This document shows, piece after piece, positions 36,989 through 48,857 of a DNA stretch of 64,000 nt. How positions within the stretch are numbered: position 1 is the first letter of the stretch; every line of letters begins with the position of its first letter. Location of the stretch: assembly GCA_963582345.1 (NCBI GenBank), contig CAUZSN010000002.1, positions 206-64,205 on the forward strand. Reading direction: 5' to 3'. A model generated the notes under the pieces. That model had not been told where the DNA came from, searched no databases, and saw only the letters and a list, made by a program, of their open reading frames with translations. The position numbers were made by a program, and so were the translations under genes. This stretch comes from Planctomycetota bacterium (GTDB taxonomy: Bacteria; Planctomycetota; Planctomycetia; Planctomycetales; Planctomycetaceae).

Positions 36989-37838
36989 CGCTTGTCGAGT
37001 TTGCAGCTGCGTGATAGCCAACATCTGCCATCTCAGCGGTCGAGCTATTCGATGTTCGTCGTACGTCGATCCGAGCACCATATGTGTGGATGACAGAAAC
37101 TACGAGACGTGCCGGGCAGTGGTTCAACACCTCGCAGGTCAGTTCTGGAGTTTCCGTGAACGGAGGATTAAACGTCAAGTGCACCGCCCCCTGCTTCTGG
37201 CTTCTGGAGAAATGGATTTTGACAGACCCTTCGATGTGGTCACGCCCGTCGTCAGTCAACATGCGGGTCATCCATTGCGATAGCTGAAGTGACGAGTCTG
37301 CCATCCGTGAATTGATACTAACGAGTTCTTCAATCTTATCCATTTTATCAAACTGTTCCCGAAAAGGTTCTGTACTTTCCAGCTGTGATTTAGCACATAC
37401 AATGCACTTCTCTCCCACAAGAATCAGCACTACGCTTGCTAACAGAAACAGGATTGCCAGAAAGGTCACCGCGAGAATTGAGTTGCTGGGAAGCAACGTG
37501 ACACCAAGCGTCATCGGAGGGACGAGCGTCACGATTCCAGTGACGATACGGGTCGTTTTGGCTCGTTCTTGAGATTGAATTTGAAATAGAGTGCTAGCCG
37601 TCAAGCTTAGTACAGTGGCCAGCAACGTAATCAAACAAGCAACATTCGTCGGAAGTTGGTCTTGGAATGCGCCTGCCACTTTGCGCGAAAGTACGACGAC
37701 CGTGATGACAATCAAACTGGTCCAGATAGCTGTCGCCGAGGCTAGGCGCCAATCCTGCCTGCCCGAAGAATTGGTCACATCTCGAATCATGGGACTCATT
37801 CCATTGAGTCTGTTATTTTCGCCTAGCGGCGTTACCAT
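36963..37838 (-). CDS. membrane protein with C-terminal soluble domain, unassigned
   Basis: 291 aa with four hydrophobic helices in the N-terminal half, followed by a ~140-aa soluble region. Its 3' end overlaps the convergent 36530-36988 ORF by 26 nt. Confidence 0.55.
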   Translation of the reverse strand: MVTPLGENNRLNGMSPMIRDVTNSSGRQDWRLASATAIWTSLIVITVVVLSRKVAGAFQDQLPTNVACLITLLATVLSLTASTLFQIQSQERAKTTRIVTGIVTLVPPMTLGVTLLPSNSILAVTFLAILFLLASVVLILVGEKCIVCAKSQLESTEPFREQFDKMDKIEELVSINSRMADSSLQLSQWMTRMLTDDGRDHIEGSVKIHFSRSQKQGAVHLTFNPPFTETPELTCEVLNHCPARLVVSVIHTYGARIDVRRTSNSSTAEMADVGYHAAANSTSATRKSDDA

Positions 37839-37980
37839 CGCCTAAGGCAATGGTGGAGAAACAACGTACCAGAAAATTGAAGTGTAAAGTGCAACTTTAA
37901 AACTTGCGATTCATGTTTCAACGGGATGCCAAACGAAATATTATTCTCGTGCGACTGCATAAGTTTCATGCAACACGTGT

Positions 37981-39123
37981 TCATAATCCGGCAGCTTTTC
38001 GAAGACCGGGCGCTTTGTCTATGGCCTCCCAGGTGAAGTCGGCATCGGTGCGACCGAAGTGACCACCGCAGGCCGTCTTTTGGAAGATAGGGCGTCGAAG
38101 CTGTAGGCTCTCGATGATTCCTGCCGGGGTCAAAGGAAACGCTTCACGCACTAATTCGGCGATCCGGTCTTCGGAAATCTCGTTCGTCCCTTTCGTTTCG
38201 ACATGAACACTGACCGGGTCGGCCACCCCAATGGCGTACGCGAGTTGAACTTCGCATTCAGCCGCCAGTCCGCTGGCGACCACATTCTTCGCAATGTACC
38301 GAGCCATGTACGCGGCGGACCTATCGACCTTGGTGGGATCTTTTCCACTGAAGGCACCCCCGCCATGGCGACTCCAACCGCCGTACGTATCTACAATGAT
38401 CTTGCGCCCCGTCAAGCCCGAGTCGCCATGAGGCCCTCCAACGACAAACCGGCCCGTTGGATTGACGTGGTATTTTGTCGCATCCGATAGGAGCTGATCG
38501 GGAATCGTCTTTTGGATAATTTCAGGGATCACATAGTCAGCAATGTCTTGCTGGCTAACTTTGTCAGAGTGTTGCGTCGAGACAACGACGGTGGAAACCT
38601 CGAGGGGAGTCACGCCATCGTACTTTACGGTGACCTGACTCTTGCTGTCCGGCCGCAGCCAGTCGACCTCGCCATTTTGTCGGACTTCCGCCAATCGGTT
38701 GATGATCCGGTGCGCTAGAGCGATGGGCACTGGCATAAACTCTTTCGTTTGGTTACAGGCAAAACCGAACATCAAGCCCTGGTCACCCGCACCGTCTCGA
38801 TCGACACCCTGAGCGATGTCGCCGCTTTGACTGTGTAAAGCAACAAGAACCTGGCACGTATCGGCATTGAAGCCAACATCGTCGTTCGTGTATCCAATCT
38901 GTCGTACAACGTTGCGGACGACGTCAACGTAGTCCACCTTGGCCTGAGACGTAATCTCTCCGGCCAGAACGACTAGGTCGGTCGTGCACAGCGTTTCGCA
39001 GGCCACTCGCGATTTGGGGTCTTTGGCGAGCGTGGCATCCAGGATTCCATCGGAAATCTGGTCACAGACTTTGTCCGGATGTCCCATGCTCACCGACTCG
39101 CTAGTAAAGAAATAATTGGCCAT
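37981..39123 (-). CDS. metK: S-adenosylmethionine synthase
   Basis: 380 aa with [22 protein letters not shown] and [25 protein letters not shown]. Confidence 0.97.
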   Translation of the reverse strand: MANYFFTSESVSMGHPDKVCDQISDGILDATLAKDPKSRVACETLCTTDLVVLAGEITSQAKVDYVDVVRNVVRQIGYTNDDVGFNADTCQVLVALHSQSGDIAQGVDRDGAGDQGLMFGFACNQTKEFMPVPIALAHRIINRLAEVRQNGEVDWLRPDSKSQVTVKYDGVTPLEVSTVVVSTQHSDKVSQQDIADYVIPEIIQKTIPDQLLSDATKYHVNPTGRFVVGGPHGDSGLTGRKIIVDTYGGWSRHGGGAFSGKDPTKVDRSAAYMARYIAKNVVASGLAAECEVQLAYAIGVADPVSVHVETKGTNEISEDRIAELVREAFPLTPAGIIESLQLRRPIFQKTACGGHFGRTDADFTWEAIDKAPGLRKAAGL

Positions 39124-39275
39124 TGCGGGTATCCTAGAGAATGAAAGTCATCGGGGACATTGAAAACAATGATGCTACTCGAAATGTTCCAACAGAAACA
39201 GTCGTGGAATTCTAAGGTCGAGCCAAAAAACTCACAACCCTGGAACCGAAGCGGCAAGAGATGTAGGGAGCGGCT

Positions 39276-40670
39276 TCATGCAACCTGTTTTTTAGTTTCT
39301 TTCAAGTCCTGTTCAGCATGCAGCATTGACATGATCATCGCGACGGTCTTTGCAGTCGCTCCCTGTTGTGACAGAACGATTCGTTGTGCTGTGCGTCCCT
39401 GTTCCCGGGCCGTCAAAGGATGATCCAGGTAATACTGCACTTTGCAAGTCAGGTCGGCCGCATTGCTTACCACTTGGGCCGCGTTCTGTTCTAAAAGCGA
39501 TTCGACGACGTCACGGAAATTTTTGGTGTTGGGGCCGAATAGCACGGTCGCTCCGTATGCAGCAGGCTCGATCATATTCTGACCGCCGCGGTTGGTCAGA
39601 CTACCGCCGACAAAGGCGATGTCCGCCAATCCCCAACAGACGGACAGTTCCCCCAACGTGTCGAGCAGTAAAACGGGTGGAGGTTCTTGGCTACGATCTC
39701 TAAGAGTCTCGTCAATTGAATTCGGGCCGGATGACGAATCCTTGTTACTAAAGTCGATGTTGGGTCCGTGATCGACTCGGATCATTTGGCTGCGGCGAAC
39801 CAACGGCAATCCTCGGCCTGTGACGAGCCGAGCGACTTCTTCGAAGCGTTCTTGGTGTCGTGGTACCAGAATCAACCTCAGATCCGGGTGAGCGTCCACT
39901 AAGGTCAGCCACGTCTGAAGCGCGTATTGTTCTTCTGGCGCCTGTGTGCTACCGGCGATGAAGATTTTCTCATCATCTTGCAATCCGAAGGCATGTCGCA
40001 GTTCCTGCGTTTTTTCGTTCTGACGAAATTTTTCGACGCGATCAAATTTGATCGATCCTGTGACTTGGATGCAGTCCGCCGATGCCCCGAGATCAACGAA
40101 TCGGTCCGCATATGTCTGAGTCTGGACGGCCAAACGTGCAAAACGCTCTAACAACCGCTTGATCAACGGTCGTAGAAGTCGGTAGCCACAATAACTGTGC
40201 TGGCTGATACGCCCGTTAATGAGCATCAAGGGGATGCCTGCTTGAGCCACAGCCAGGATGAAGTTTGGCCACAGTTCCAATTCAACTAGCACGACAGCCG
40301 ACGGTCGAGTCCGTGTGAGCGCGCGTCGGACCGACCAAGAAAAATCAAGTGGAAAATAGCAGACTCTATGACCTGAGAATTGTTTTTCGGCTACTGCATG
40401 GCCCGTACTGGTGGTCGTTGAAATCACGAATTCCCAGCCGGGTAACTGCGTCTGCAACTCGCTTAGTACGGATCGCAGTTGCAGCACCTCGCCGACACTG
40501 ACCGCGTGCAACCAAAGGCAAGGCCGGCTTGAATCGCGCGAGGGCAATTGCCCCAATAGTTTTTGCGCCAATCCGTCACGATACTTGCCATAAACCAGTC
40601 TTCGGTATAGCAACATCGGGGAGACGGCAAGCAGCAGAAACAAATATGCTGCGTTAAGAATCCAGGGCAT
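39276..40670 (-). CDS. waaA: 3-deoxy-D-manno-octulosonic acid (Kdo) transferase
   Basis: 464 aa with an N-terminal anchor and CLWLHAVSVGEV, plus a GT30-type C-terminal half (FVGGSLTNRGGQNMIEPAAYG). Confidence 0.88.
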   Translation of the reverse strand: MPWILNAAYLFLLLAVSPMLLYRRLVYGKYRDGLAQKLLGQLPSRDSSRPCLWLHAVSVGEVLQLRSVLSELQTQLPGWEFVISTTTSTGHAVAEKQFSGHRVCYFPLDFSWSVRRALTRTRPSAVVLVELELWPNFILAVAQAGIPLMLINGRISQHSYCGYRLLRPLIKRLLERFARLAVQTQTYADRFVDLGASADCIQVTGSIKFDRVEKFRQNEKTQELRHAFGLQDDEKIFIAGSTQAPEEQYALQTWLTLVDAHPDLRLILVPRHQERFEEVARLVTGRGLPLVRRSQMIRVDHGPNIDFSNKDSSSGPNSIDETLRDRSQEPPPVLLLDTLGELSVCWGLADIAFVGGSLTNRGGQNMIEPAAYGATVLFGPNTKNFRDVVESLLEQNAAQVVSNAADLTCKVQYYLDHPLTAREQGRTAQRIVLSQQGATAKTVAMIMSMLHAEQDLKETKKQVA

Positions 40671-40721
40671 CCATTCGCCTTTTTGTCATCGCTGTCGCAC
40701 TTCTAGATTTGACGCGGCGAC

Positions 40722-43700
40722 TCATGCACTTGCACCACAACACTTCTTGTATTTCTTTCCACTCCCGCATGGGCAGGGATCATTTCGACGGACTTTTGGG
40801 CTGCGATTGCGAATTGGCTCGATCACTTGCGGAGTTTGGCCGGGTTCCAGACCACCTGTTTCTTCAGAGTACATTGCCGCAGCCATTCCGGCATCTTCAT
40901 GGACTGTCCCCGTGATCTTCCACAGAGAGCCGACGAATTCTGGACTTTGCTTTTCCAGTCGAAAGATGGCCGACGTGACTTGCTGTCCCACACGCAACCA
41001 CATTTCGTCGAAGGCTTTCATGCCTTCCCGTTTGTATTCAACCTTGGGATCTTTCTGAGCGTAACCAACGAGCCCGATTCCGGCACGCAGGTGATCCATG
41101 TAGTAGAGGTGGTCCTTCCAGGCCGTGTCTAGGATCTCAAGGATCAAGGACCTTTCCGCCTGACACAGTTCTGGGCGATACTGCTCGTCATACTGCTGCA
41201 GCACCTTTTGCCGCGCATCTTCGCGCGTCAGCGATTCTAAATCGTTGGTTTGCAGGAGGGCCTCAAATTCTTGGTTCACCCATTTGGTCAACTGAGCCAA
41301 GACATTGGCCTTTTCATCGTGATCCGACTCAAAATCTTCGCCGTTCTCACTGCCGTACGCTCGATCCAAAAACGCGTCGACTGTTGAGGTGAAATCACCA
41401 CTGGTATCGAAGTAGCGCTGACTGTGCTGATTCAGCAGCTCCTCGATTTCGCGCACAGTTTTGTTCTTAATGTCGTCAACACTGCAATTCGTGTTGAAGC
41501 GGCTATTGGCCCAGCGAATCAAGCCGTCGCGGTCGTGCCGCGCTCCATGTCCACGACGGTCGGTCAGGAAATTGGTCATTCCGACCGCAACTGGAAATGT
41601 GATTTCCTTTGCTCGATATGCCGTGTTGATCTTTTGACGAATCAGATCGTTTGACTCTTCGATGTTGCGCTCAGAGAATTCTTCGGCCGAGGCGTCCAAA
41701 CCAAATTGCTGATGAATCCAAGCACATAACGACTCCCGACCCCAGCCGTCATCGAGAAACATGTCCAACAGTGAAAAGTCGTACCGAGCAACTGATTCAC
41801 AAGAACGGTTAAACAGGTATTCGAACAATCCGTCGCGGCCGGTTTTCTTTAGCTCACTGGAGCTCGTGTTCAGCCCCCAATGCGTGTTGGCCCACTTCGA
41901 CAGCGCTTGCCAATTCCATTCACTCTTGTCTTCAGCCTCTTCCGGTAGGTTCTCTACGATCTGTTCTTCGATCAAGTCTTCGGCCTGCCGTTCGGCTTCG
42001 TCCTTCAGGAATTGGACCAGTTGGTCTTTTTCCATGTTGCGAACATTGCTGACATCCGTTTCGATGTGGAGTGTTTGAGCACACCACTCGACGATGGTTT
42101 CCCAGCGATGGTCGGGGCTTAGGAAATGCCGCGTCCAGCGGTCAGTTTGTCCATCGGTCATGTCAAGGATCAGATCTTGACAATTGATGTCATCCAGGAT
42201 TCGTTGCCGATACGAATAGACGCGTTGTCGCTGCTCATCCATGACTTCGTCATATTCGAGCAAATGTTTGCGGGTTTCGTAGTGCCGTTCTTCGACACGT
42301 TTTTGGGCCTTTTGGATTTGGCGGCTAACCATGGGGCTCTCGATGGCTTCGCCTTCCTGCATACCCAGCTTTGTCAGGATGGTTTTGACCCATTCGCCGG
42401 CAAAGATACGCATCAGGTCGTCTTCCAAGGACAGGAAGAATCGGCTCGATCCGGGATCTCCCTGGCGTCCGCTGCGGCCTCGCAACTGCAGGTCGATGCG
42501 CCGTGCGTCGTGACGCTCGGTGCCAATGACATGAAGCCCTCCCAACTCGGCCACTTCACGGCCTTCGGTTACCATGCCTTCACGTTCGGCGACGGTTTGC
42601 GTCTTTTCGTCCCATTCGGATTTTGGAACATCCAGACGAGATTCGTATGTCTGGCTCAACTCATCCCAAGCCATGTGTTCTGGATTGCCGCCCAGAATTA
42701 TGTCCGTTCCGCGGCCGGCCATGTTCGTCGAGATAGTGACGGCATCTTGACGTCCGGTCTGTGCGATGATTTCCGCTTCGCGCTCGTGGTGTTTGGCATT
42801 CAGCACATTGTGCTGAATGCCATATTTGTCCAGTTTCCCGGATAGCAGTTCGGATTTTTCGATCGAGACCGTACCGACGAGTATCGGGCGCCCGGTCTTG
42901 TGCACGTTGCGAATTTCTTCGGAGACAGCATCCCATTTTTCTTGCTCGGTGCGAAAAATGATGTCCGGATGGTTCACGCGATACAACGGCCGGTTAGTGG
43001 GGACGGAAATTACGTCCAGTTTGTAGATTTTCCAGAACTCTTCGGCCTCGGTCATGGCTGTTCCAGTCATACCGGCCAGCTTCTTGAACAGCTTGAAATA
43101 ATTCTGCAGCGTGATTGTGGCCAGCGTTTGAGATTCTTCCTTGATCGTAACGCCCTCTTTGGCTTCTACGGCTTGGTGCAACCCATCGCTCCATTGTCGG
43201 CCGGGCATCTTGCGGCCGGTGAATTCGTCGACGATCACTACCTCGCCATTGCTCTCAACAACATAGTGCACGTCGCATTTGTAAAGGTAGTGGGCCTTCA
43301 GGGAGTTGTCGATCAGGTGCGGCCATTCCATATTGCCGGTAGTGTAAAAGCTTTCTACACCGGCAATTTCCTCGGCTGCTCGGATCCCATCGTCGGTCAT
43401 GTGGCAGGTGTGTTCTTTCTCCTTGACCTCGAAGTGCACTTCCCTTTTTAACTGTAGTGCAACCCGGTTTGCTTTCGAGTACTTGCTGACGTCGTCCTGG
43501 GCCGGGCCAGAAATGATTAGCGGCGTCCTGGCCTCGTCGATCAGGATGTTGTCGATCTCGTCCACGATCGCGAATTTCAGCGAGCCCTGGACTTGCAGTT
43601 TTTTGGTCGGCTTCATGTTATCGCGCAGGTAGTCGAAGCCGAATTCGTTATTGGTCCCGTAAACGATGTCGCAGGCGTATGCTTTTTGCCGCTCGTATGG

Positions 43701-44273
43701 GTCCATCTGTGACTGGATCGCTCCAACCGTCAGTCCCAGTCCCATGTACACCGGACCCATCCACTCCATATCGCGGCGGGCCAGATAGTCGTTGACGGTC
43801 ACGACGTGAACTTTTCCGGCCAATGCGTTCAAGAAGGCGGGCAACGTGGCAACCAGCGTCTTTCCTTCGCCGGTAACCATTTCAGCAATAATGCCGCAAT
43901 GCAGAAAGTACCCGCCGATCATCTGTACGTCGTAGTGCCGCATTTTCAGGTAGCGGCGACTTGATTCGCGCACGGCGGCAAAGGCTTCAGGCAGTAGATC
44001 GTCCAGTGTCTGGCCGTCGGATAGGTGTCTCCGAAACTTTTCCGTCGACTGCTTCAGTTCTTCGTCCGACAACGTCTCCATTTGGGGCTCGAGTCCGTTG
44101 ATGCGATCCAGCATCGAATTGGGAACAATCGTAGCATTCCCTTGCTTGTCACGCATAAACCCGAGTTTGCGAATGTGACGTTCATTGGACGAGCCGAACA
44201 TTGTTGTGATGAAACGTTCGATCCAAGCCGTCAGCGCATTCAGCCAATCGCCGAGTTTCTCAAGGAATTCCAT
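40722..44273 (-). CDS. secA: preprotein translocase ATPase SecA (long form)
   Basis: 1183 aa with the DEAD-like motor ([43 protein letters not shown]) and the C-terminal zinc motif [14 protein letters not shown]. Confidence 0.97.
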   Translation of the reverse strand: MEFLEKLGDWLNALTAWIERFITTMFGSSNERHIRKLGFMRDKQGNATIVPNSMLDRINGLEPQMETLSDEELKQSTEKFRRHLSDGQTLDDLLPEAFAAVRESSRRYLKMRHYDVQMIGGYFLHCGIIAEMVTGEGKTLVATLPAFLNALAGKVHVVTVNDYLARRDMEWMGPVYMGLGLTVGAIQSQMDPYERQKAYACDIVYGTNNEFGFDYLRDNMKPTKKLQVQGSLKFAIVDEIDNILIDEARTPLIISGPAQDDVSKYSKANRVALQLKREVHFEVKEKEHTCHMTDDGIRAAEEIAGVESFYTTGNMEWPHLIDNSLKAHYLYKCDVHYVVESNGEVVIVDEFTGRKMPGRQWSDGLHQAVEAKEGVTIKEESQTLATITLQNYFKLFKKLAGMTGTAMTEAEEFWKIYKLDVISVPTNRPLYRVNHPDIIFRTEQEKWDAVSEEIRNVHKTGRPILVGTVSIEKSELLSGKLDKYGIQHNVLNAKHHEREAEIIAQTGRQDAVTISTNMAGRGTDIILGGNPEHMAWDELSQTYESRLDVPKSEWDEKTQTVAEREGMVTEGREVAELGGLHVIGTERHDARRIDLQLRGRSGRQGDPGSSRFFLSLEDDLMRIFAGEWVKTILTKLGMQEGEAIESPMVSRQIQKAQKRVEERHYETRKHLLEYDEVMDEQRQRVYSYRQRILDDINCQDLILDMTDGQTDRWTRHFLSPDHRWETIVEWCAQTLHIETDVSNVRNMEKDQLVQFLKDEAERQAEDLIEEQIVENLPEEAEDKSEWNWQALSKWANTHWGLNTSSSELKKTGRDGLFEYLFNRSCESVARYDFSLLDMFLDDGWGRESLCAWIHQQFGLDASAEEFSERNIEESNDLIRQKINTAYRAKEITFPVAVGMTNFLTDRRGHGARHDRDGLIRWANSRFNTNCSVDDIKNKTVREIEELLNQHSQRYFDTSGDFTSTVDAFLDRAYGSENGEDFESDHDEKANVLAQLTKWVNQEFEALLQTNDLESLTREDARQKVLQQYDEQYRPELCQAERSLILEILDTAWKDHLYYMDHLRAGIGLVGYAQKDPKVEYKREGMKAFDEMWLRVGQQVTSAIFRLEKQSPEFVGSLWKITGTVHEDAGMAAAMYSEETGGLEPGQTPQVIEPIRNRSPKVRRNDPCPCGSGKKYKKCCGASA

Positions 44274-44551
44274 GGACCTAATCTCTGCACAGGCTGTCGA
44301 AATGTCAGTTTCACAGCCTTAGTGGCCGGCGAATCGTCCATTTGCCCAATGGATTAGCCACGCAACCCAAGCGGACCGGAAACAATTGATATGACGTAAG
44401 TTCGCTTTAATTCGAAGTTTATTGGTTGCACGAAATCCGGTCAATGCCGGTCAAACAACCCGTTTTTTATTTTCCAACGGGGCTTGGTGCGTTAAAGTGT
44501 GCAGTTATTGCGGCGATGATATGTCAGAAGGAACTTCTGGAGTCGGACTGC

Positions 44552-44776
44552 ATGAATCGTCATCATGTCGCACGAATGCTTGGTGGCTCGGTCGCTTTAT
44601 TTGTGCGCTGCATTTGGCCATTGTCCAGTAACGTGCAAACGGCAGCACCGCGCAAGCCAAACCTTCTTTTTGTTCCGGCTGACGATTTAGGTCACGGCGA
44701 CTCGGGCTGTTACGGCCAAGTCGTGATCCGCTCGCCAATTCGAAGCAGTTTACTGGCACGAGTGACGGTCCATTAA
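44552..44776 (+). pseudogene. sulfatase N-terminal stub (74 codons)
   Basis: A signal-like leader followed by KPNLLFVPADDLGHGDSGCYGQ, the sulfatase metal-binding start. A stop follows 17 codons later, before the CxPxR active-site region. Confidence 0.7.
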
Positions 44777-44836
44777 CTTACGACATTGAGATAGCCGGAT
44801 TGGCAAGAATATTGAACTTGGTCGCGAGAAGCATGC

Positions 44837-45610
44837 TTGATGAACGATACATCCGATTCTGATGGGCTCCAGCCGGACATCACAACACAAGGCTTTCAGC
44901 GAGTTGCTTCATCGAGATCAACCGGACTGCGCAAGCTTGTCGTGTTCCTGGTAACCGTCACCGTTGTTTTCGTCGCATCGCGAAAATTCGGCGATGTCCT
45001 CACACTCGAAAACCTAATCCAGCATGAAGCGGAGTTGCAACAGTATTACCAGGAGCGTCCGCTTCGAGTCTGTATCGCTGCGTTTTTGATTTACGTGGCG
45101 GTGACTGCCCTGTCCATTCCCGGAGCTACCGCAATGAGTCTGGTTGTCGGTTGGTTCTTCAGTTTTTGGCGCGGACTAATTCTCGTCAGCTTGGCATCGA
45201 CAGGCGGTGCTACGTTGGCCTTTCTGCTAAGCCGATATTTTCTGCGAGACGCGATTCAGCAGAAGTTCGGCGATCGGTTAACAAGTTTCGACGCGGCACT
45301 TGAACGCGAAGGTGCTTACTACCTGTTTACACTGCGGCTATTCCCCGCAGCACCGTTTTTCGTGATCAACGTTGTGATGGGGTTGACGTCGATTCGCGTT
45401 TGGACGTTCTGGTGGGTCAGCCAGATCGGCATGCTGGCCGGCACGTGTGTTTATGTGTATGCGGGATCTCGGTTCCCTAGTCTGAGACAACTTGCCGAGC
45501 ACGGAATCCACGGCATCTTGACACCTGAATTGATCGTCGCGTTCATCGTGCTGGGTCTTTTTCCGATTTGTGTCAAGAGAATCGCCACCCACTTTCGACT
45601 GCTGGCTTGA
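44837..45610 (+). CDS. TVP38/TMEM64 (DedA-related) family membrane protein
   Basis: 257 aa with five or six helices, including PGATAMSLVVGWFFSFWRGLILVSLASTGGATLAFLLSRYFLRD and FTLRLFPAAPFFVINVVMG. Confidence 0.8.
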   Translation: MMNDTSDSDGLQPDITTQGFQRVASSRSTGLRKLVVFLVTVTVVFVASRKFGDVLTLENLIQHEAELQQYYQERPLRVCIAAFLIYVAVTALSIPGATAMSLVVGWFFSFWRGLILVSLASTGGATLAFLLSRYFLRDAIQQKFGDRLTSFDAALEREGAYYLFTLRLFPAAPFFVINVVMGLTSIRVWTFWWVSQIGMLAGTCVYVYAGSRFPSLRQLAEHGIHGILTPELIVAFIVLGLFPICVKRIATHFRLLA

Positions 45611-45703
45611 TTGGTGTTCCACTAACCGGGACAAGCTCGGCCGTGATGCGTCTGGCACCAGTCTCACTGAATTGGAGCGGTTTCAGCGACCACGTTCGCT
45701 GAA

Positions 45704-48700
45704 TCAACTTGTTATCGCCGCTTTTGCGGATGATCTGGTCCGTGCTGTGTCGGTTCCGGGACGATTCATTAGCCATAATAGCACGGGGCTGGCTACGTAT
45801 ATCGAACTATAAGTTCCGACCAGCACTCCTAGCACCAAGCAAAACGCGAAGCCGTGGATGCCCTCACCACCGAACCCGTACAAGATAGAGACCACAAGAA
45901 AAGTCGTGATCGAAGTCAGCAACGTGCGCGCCAACGTTTGATTCAGGCTGGAGTTGACCATATCACTGGTCAGCGCCGGATTCTTTCCCCGAACTTCGCG
46001 AATGCGATCAAAGACGACGATCGTGTCGTTTAATGAGTAACCAACGATCGTCAGAAATGCCGCAATCATCGGTAGATTGATTCTGAAGTCGGATAGCAGC
46101 AGTGCGTTACCGAAGGCGGTGCCGCTGACCAATGAAGCCAATGCGACCATTCCCACTACGACCAACACATCGTGCACCAACGCCGCGACAGCAGCCAGAC
46201 CAAAGTTAATCCGTTGGAAGCGGAACCAAATGTAGGCCACAATGGCAATGAGGCTAATCAACATCGCCATGATCGCGTACTGCTGCATTTCCATTCCGAC
46301 CTGCGTCTCGAATTGATTGACCTCTTCGAACAGCGGCGTTTCCGCTAATTCTGTCTGCATCCGGTTCAACGCTCGTTTCAGATCGGCTGTGTTGACTGCT
46401 GACCTTGCTTGCAATTGCATTTCGGAAAACTTCTTGACGTCATTGGTGCCGGCTTTTAGCCCGCTGCCTTTCGTTCCAGTGAATCGAAATAATGAATTCG
46501 GATCGGGATATTCCAGCTTCAGTGTTGCCACCGCGGCAACCAAGCCATCCGCAGCGGTGGATTCAGTGATTTCATCGCTGAAGATCAGATCGACTTGGTG
46601 TCCGCCTCCGAACGCGCTTTGCGTTGGTGCGGCCACGGTCTCGACTTTGTTCTCTGGAGTGCGGTTTGTATTTTCCTCCTCTAATTCATCAGACTTGTTC
46701 GACAATTCGGACGCCTTAGCAACCTTCGAAAATTCTCCGATTGTCATCGTGATACGGCGCAAAGGGCGCTGTTTCAGTGCTTCGGCTACCGACTTGCGGA
46801 CACGAGAAAGTCTCGTATCGGTCGTGCGCAGCCGATACCTTCGGCCAACATCGGATGCCTGGTCTTCATCACTGAGCGTCAATCGTTCGAGGGTGATATT
46901 TGATCCAAATTGCGCTTCCAGATCGGTCCGAACAGCTTCTAGATTTTGTGGCTGGACGAATTCGAATGTCACCATCGCTCCACCCCGAAAGTCGATATCT
47001 AGGTTCTCACTGCCGCGCGATGCCAAGCTGGCCATCCCGGCGACAATCAACACCAACGAGAAAATGGCAGCAGGTATCTTTTTTCCAATAAAATCGAAAC
47101 GGGGCGATCTGACGATGCTCATCATTTTCAGATTACGCAACCACCGTTTGCGTTCCAAGATGTCGAACATCAACCGGCCGCCATACAAGGCCGAAAACAT
47201 ACTCATCACAATCCCGATGAATAGCGTTACTGCGAAACCTCGGACTTGATCGGTGCCGATCATGTACAGCACCACTGCTACGATCAAAGTTGTTACGTTT
47301 GCGTCGACGATGGTGGTAAACGCACGCGAGAATCCGTTTTGAATTGCCATGCGCAGGTTAGAGCCGCGATTCAGTTCCTCACGGATCCGTTCGAAAATCA
47401 ATACGTTAGCGTCGACGGCCATACCAATGGTAAGCACCAATCCAGCCAATCCGGGCAGCGTAAAGGTGCCTTGGACCAACGCCATTGTTCCCATCACAAG
47501 GATCAAGTTTAAAACCAGGCACAAGTTGGCAATCAGTCCCGCGAACCGGTAATAGCTGATCATAAAGATCAAAATCATCACCGACGCCAGTCCGATCGCC
47601 AATTTACCCTTTTGTTGAATGTCTGCTCCCAACAACGGGCTGATCGTGAACTCGCTTATCGGTTCGTGTTTAATCGGTATCTCCAATGCGCCCGCGTTTA
47701 ATACGTCGATTAACTCGCTGATTTCTGTTTGTGTGAAGTTGCCGCTGACAATGCCGCTGCTGCTGATCGTTTCGCGTAAGTTCGGGGCCGATTGCACTTT
47801 GTTGTCGAGCAAAATGGCCAGACGGCGCTGGAACCCGTCGGTTAACGGTCTGTTGCGGCTGGTCATCGTCTGGAACTTAAAGGCTCCTTGCTGATTGAAG
47901 GTGAACCCGACTGCGAGCGATCCGTCCTGATCGACTGTCTGATAGGCTCGGACCAGGAACTTACCAGTTACTCGATGGCGTTCGGGCGTCACCATGACAA
48001 GCACCTGTTCGACATCTTTGCCGTCGTTGTCCTTGCTTGTCCGCAGCGCGATTTCGCCGTGAGTGTCAATTTCCTCTTTTTCGGAAATATCACGCCACAT
48101 TGCGATGACTCGTGTCCCTTCGACGAAGGTCCTTTCCGTTAGCGGAAGTGTGTTCGCGTTGTCGATCAAACCGCGATTTCTGATTCCAGTCCTGCCATGG
48201 TCGCGCTCGTTCGCCAGAATTTCGAACTCCAAGCTGCCTAGCCGAGTCATTCTCCTCTTCATTTCTGCAACGACGTGTGCATCTGCACCGGGAGTAATGA
48301 CTTCAATTCGGTCCGCGCCGACCTTGCGGACAGTCACCTCTTCCAGACCGCCTGGATTGATTCGTCTCCGGATTGCTCCGACCATTTGTTCCATTGATGC
48401 GCTCACATCCTTGCCGGCCTTCTTCGCCGCCTCGACATCAACCTGGAACACCAGGTTCGTGCCCCCGGCCAAATCGATTCCCAACTTGACGGCATCCATC
48501 CAATGGTTTCCGATGGCCACCTGGTACACAAATGGAGCCAGGCCTAAGACAACGGTCAGCAGAAGGGCGCCAATTTTGAAACCTAGGTCCTTCAGCTTTA
48601 GCGTTTTGCCTAAAAATGATCCCAACGCCATCGGCACAACGAAGATGGCGACAACGATGAAGAACATCAGCCATCCGGAAGTATCCGACGCTTTGGTTGT

Positions 48701-48754
48701 CACCTCAGGCTTCGTAGCGGCAAGGACCACTAAATCGGACAACAAGTCGATCAT
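45704..48754 (-). CDS. secDF: fused protein-export membrane protein SecD/SecF
   Basis: 1016 aa. The SecD part has LGIDLAGGTNLVFQV and a periplasmic P1 domain. The SecF part has LNDTIVVFDRIRE. Twelve or more TM segments are present. Confidence 0.95.
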   Translation of the reverse strand: MIDLLSDLVVLAATKPEVTTKASDTSGWLMFFIVVAIFVVPMALGSFLGKTLKLKDLGFKIGALLLTVVLGLAPFVYQVAIGNHWMDAVKLGIDLAGGTNLVFQVDVEAAKKAGKDVSASMEQMVGAIRRRINPGGLEEVTVRKVGADRIEVITPGADAHVVAEMKRRMTRLGSLEFEILANERDHGRTGIRNRGLIDNANTLPLTERTFVEGTRVIAMWRDISEKEEIDTHGEIALRTSKDNDGKDVEQVLVMVTPERHRVTGKFLVRAYQTVDQDGSLAVGFTFNQQGAFKFQTMTSRNRPLTDGFQRRLAILLDNKVQSAPNLRETISSSGIVSGNFTQTEISELIDVLNAGALEIPIKHEPISEFTISPLLGADIQQKGKLAIGLASVMILIFMISYYRFAGLIANLCLVLNLILVMGTMALVQGTFTLPGLAGLVLTIGMAVDANVLIFERIREELNRGSNLRMAIQNGFSRAFTTIVDANVTTLIVAVVLYMIGTDQVRGFAVTLFIGIVMSMFSALYGGRLMFDILERKRWLRNLKMMSIVRSPRFDFIGKKIPAAIFSLVLIVAGMASLASRGSENLDIDFRGGAMVTFEFVQPQNLEAVRTDLEAQFGSNITLERLTLSDEDQASDVGRRYRLRTTDTRLSRVRKSVAEALKQRPLRRITMTIGEFSKVAKASELSNKSDELEEENTNRTPENKVETVAAPTQSAFGGGHQVDLIFSDEITESTAADGLVAAVATLKLEYPDPNSLFRFTGTKGSGLKAGTNDVKKFSEMQLQARSAVNTADLKRALNRMQTELAETPLFEEVNQFETQVGMEMQQYAIMAMLISLIAIVAYIWFRFQRINFGLAAVAALVHDVLVVVGMVALASLVSGTAFGNALLLSDFRINLPMIAAFLTIVGYSLNDTIVVFDRIREVRGKNPALTSDMVNSSLNQTLARTLLTSITTFLVVSILYGFGGEGIHGFAFCLVLGVLVGTYSSIYVASPVLLWLMNRPGTDTARTRSSAKAAITS

Positions 48755-48857
48755 TGGTTACGCATCCTATCGTGCAAGAAAAACGCGATATACTTTTGCT
48801 TTGAAATCTCGCAAAAGACTTGACTATGCGCTGCTGAAGGCCGATCGCTGATAGCGA

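Noticed and set aside
39124-39275. SAM riboswitch upstream of metK
   Set aside because: The 152-nt leader shows none of the SAM-I/II/IV conserved cores that I know, and it is too short for SAM-I.
46317-47249. Long antisense ORFs inside secDF (46317-47249 and 48063-48851), secA (42126-42845), the topoisomerase genes (26976-27536, 28126-28815), floA (57584-58144) and sucD (53036-53584)
   Set aside because: These are mirror frames of strongly supported genes. They are Ser/Arg/Pro-rich with no independent motifs, and are typical shadow ORFs.
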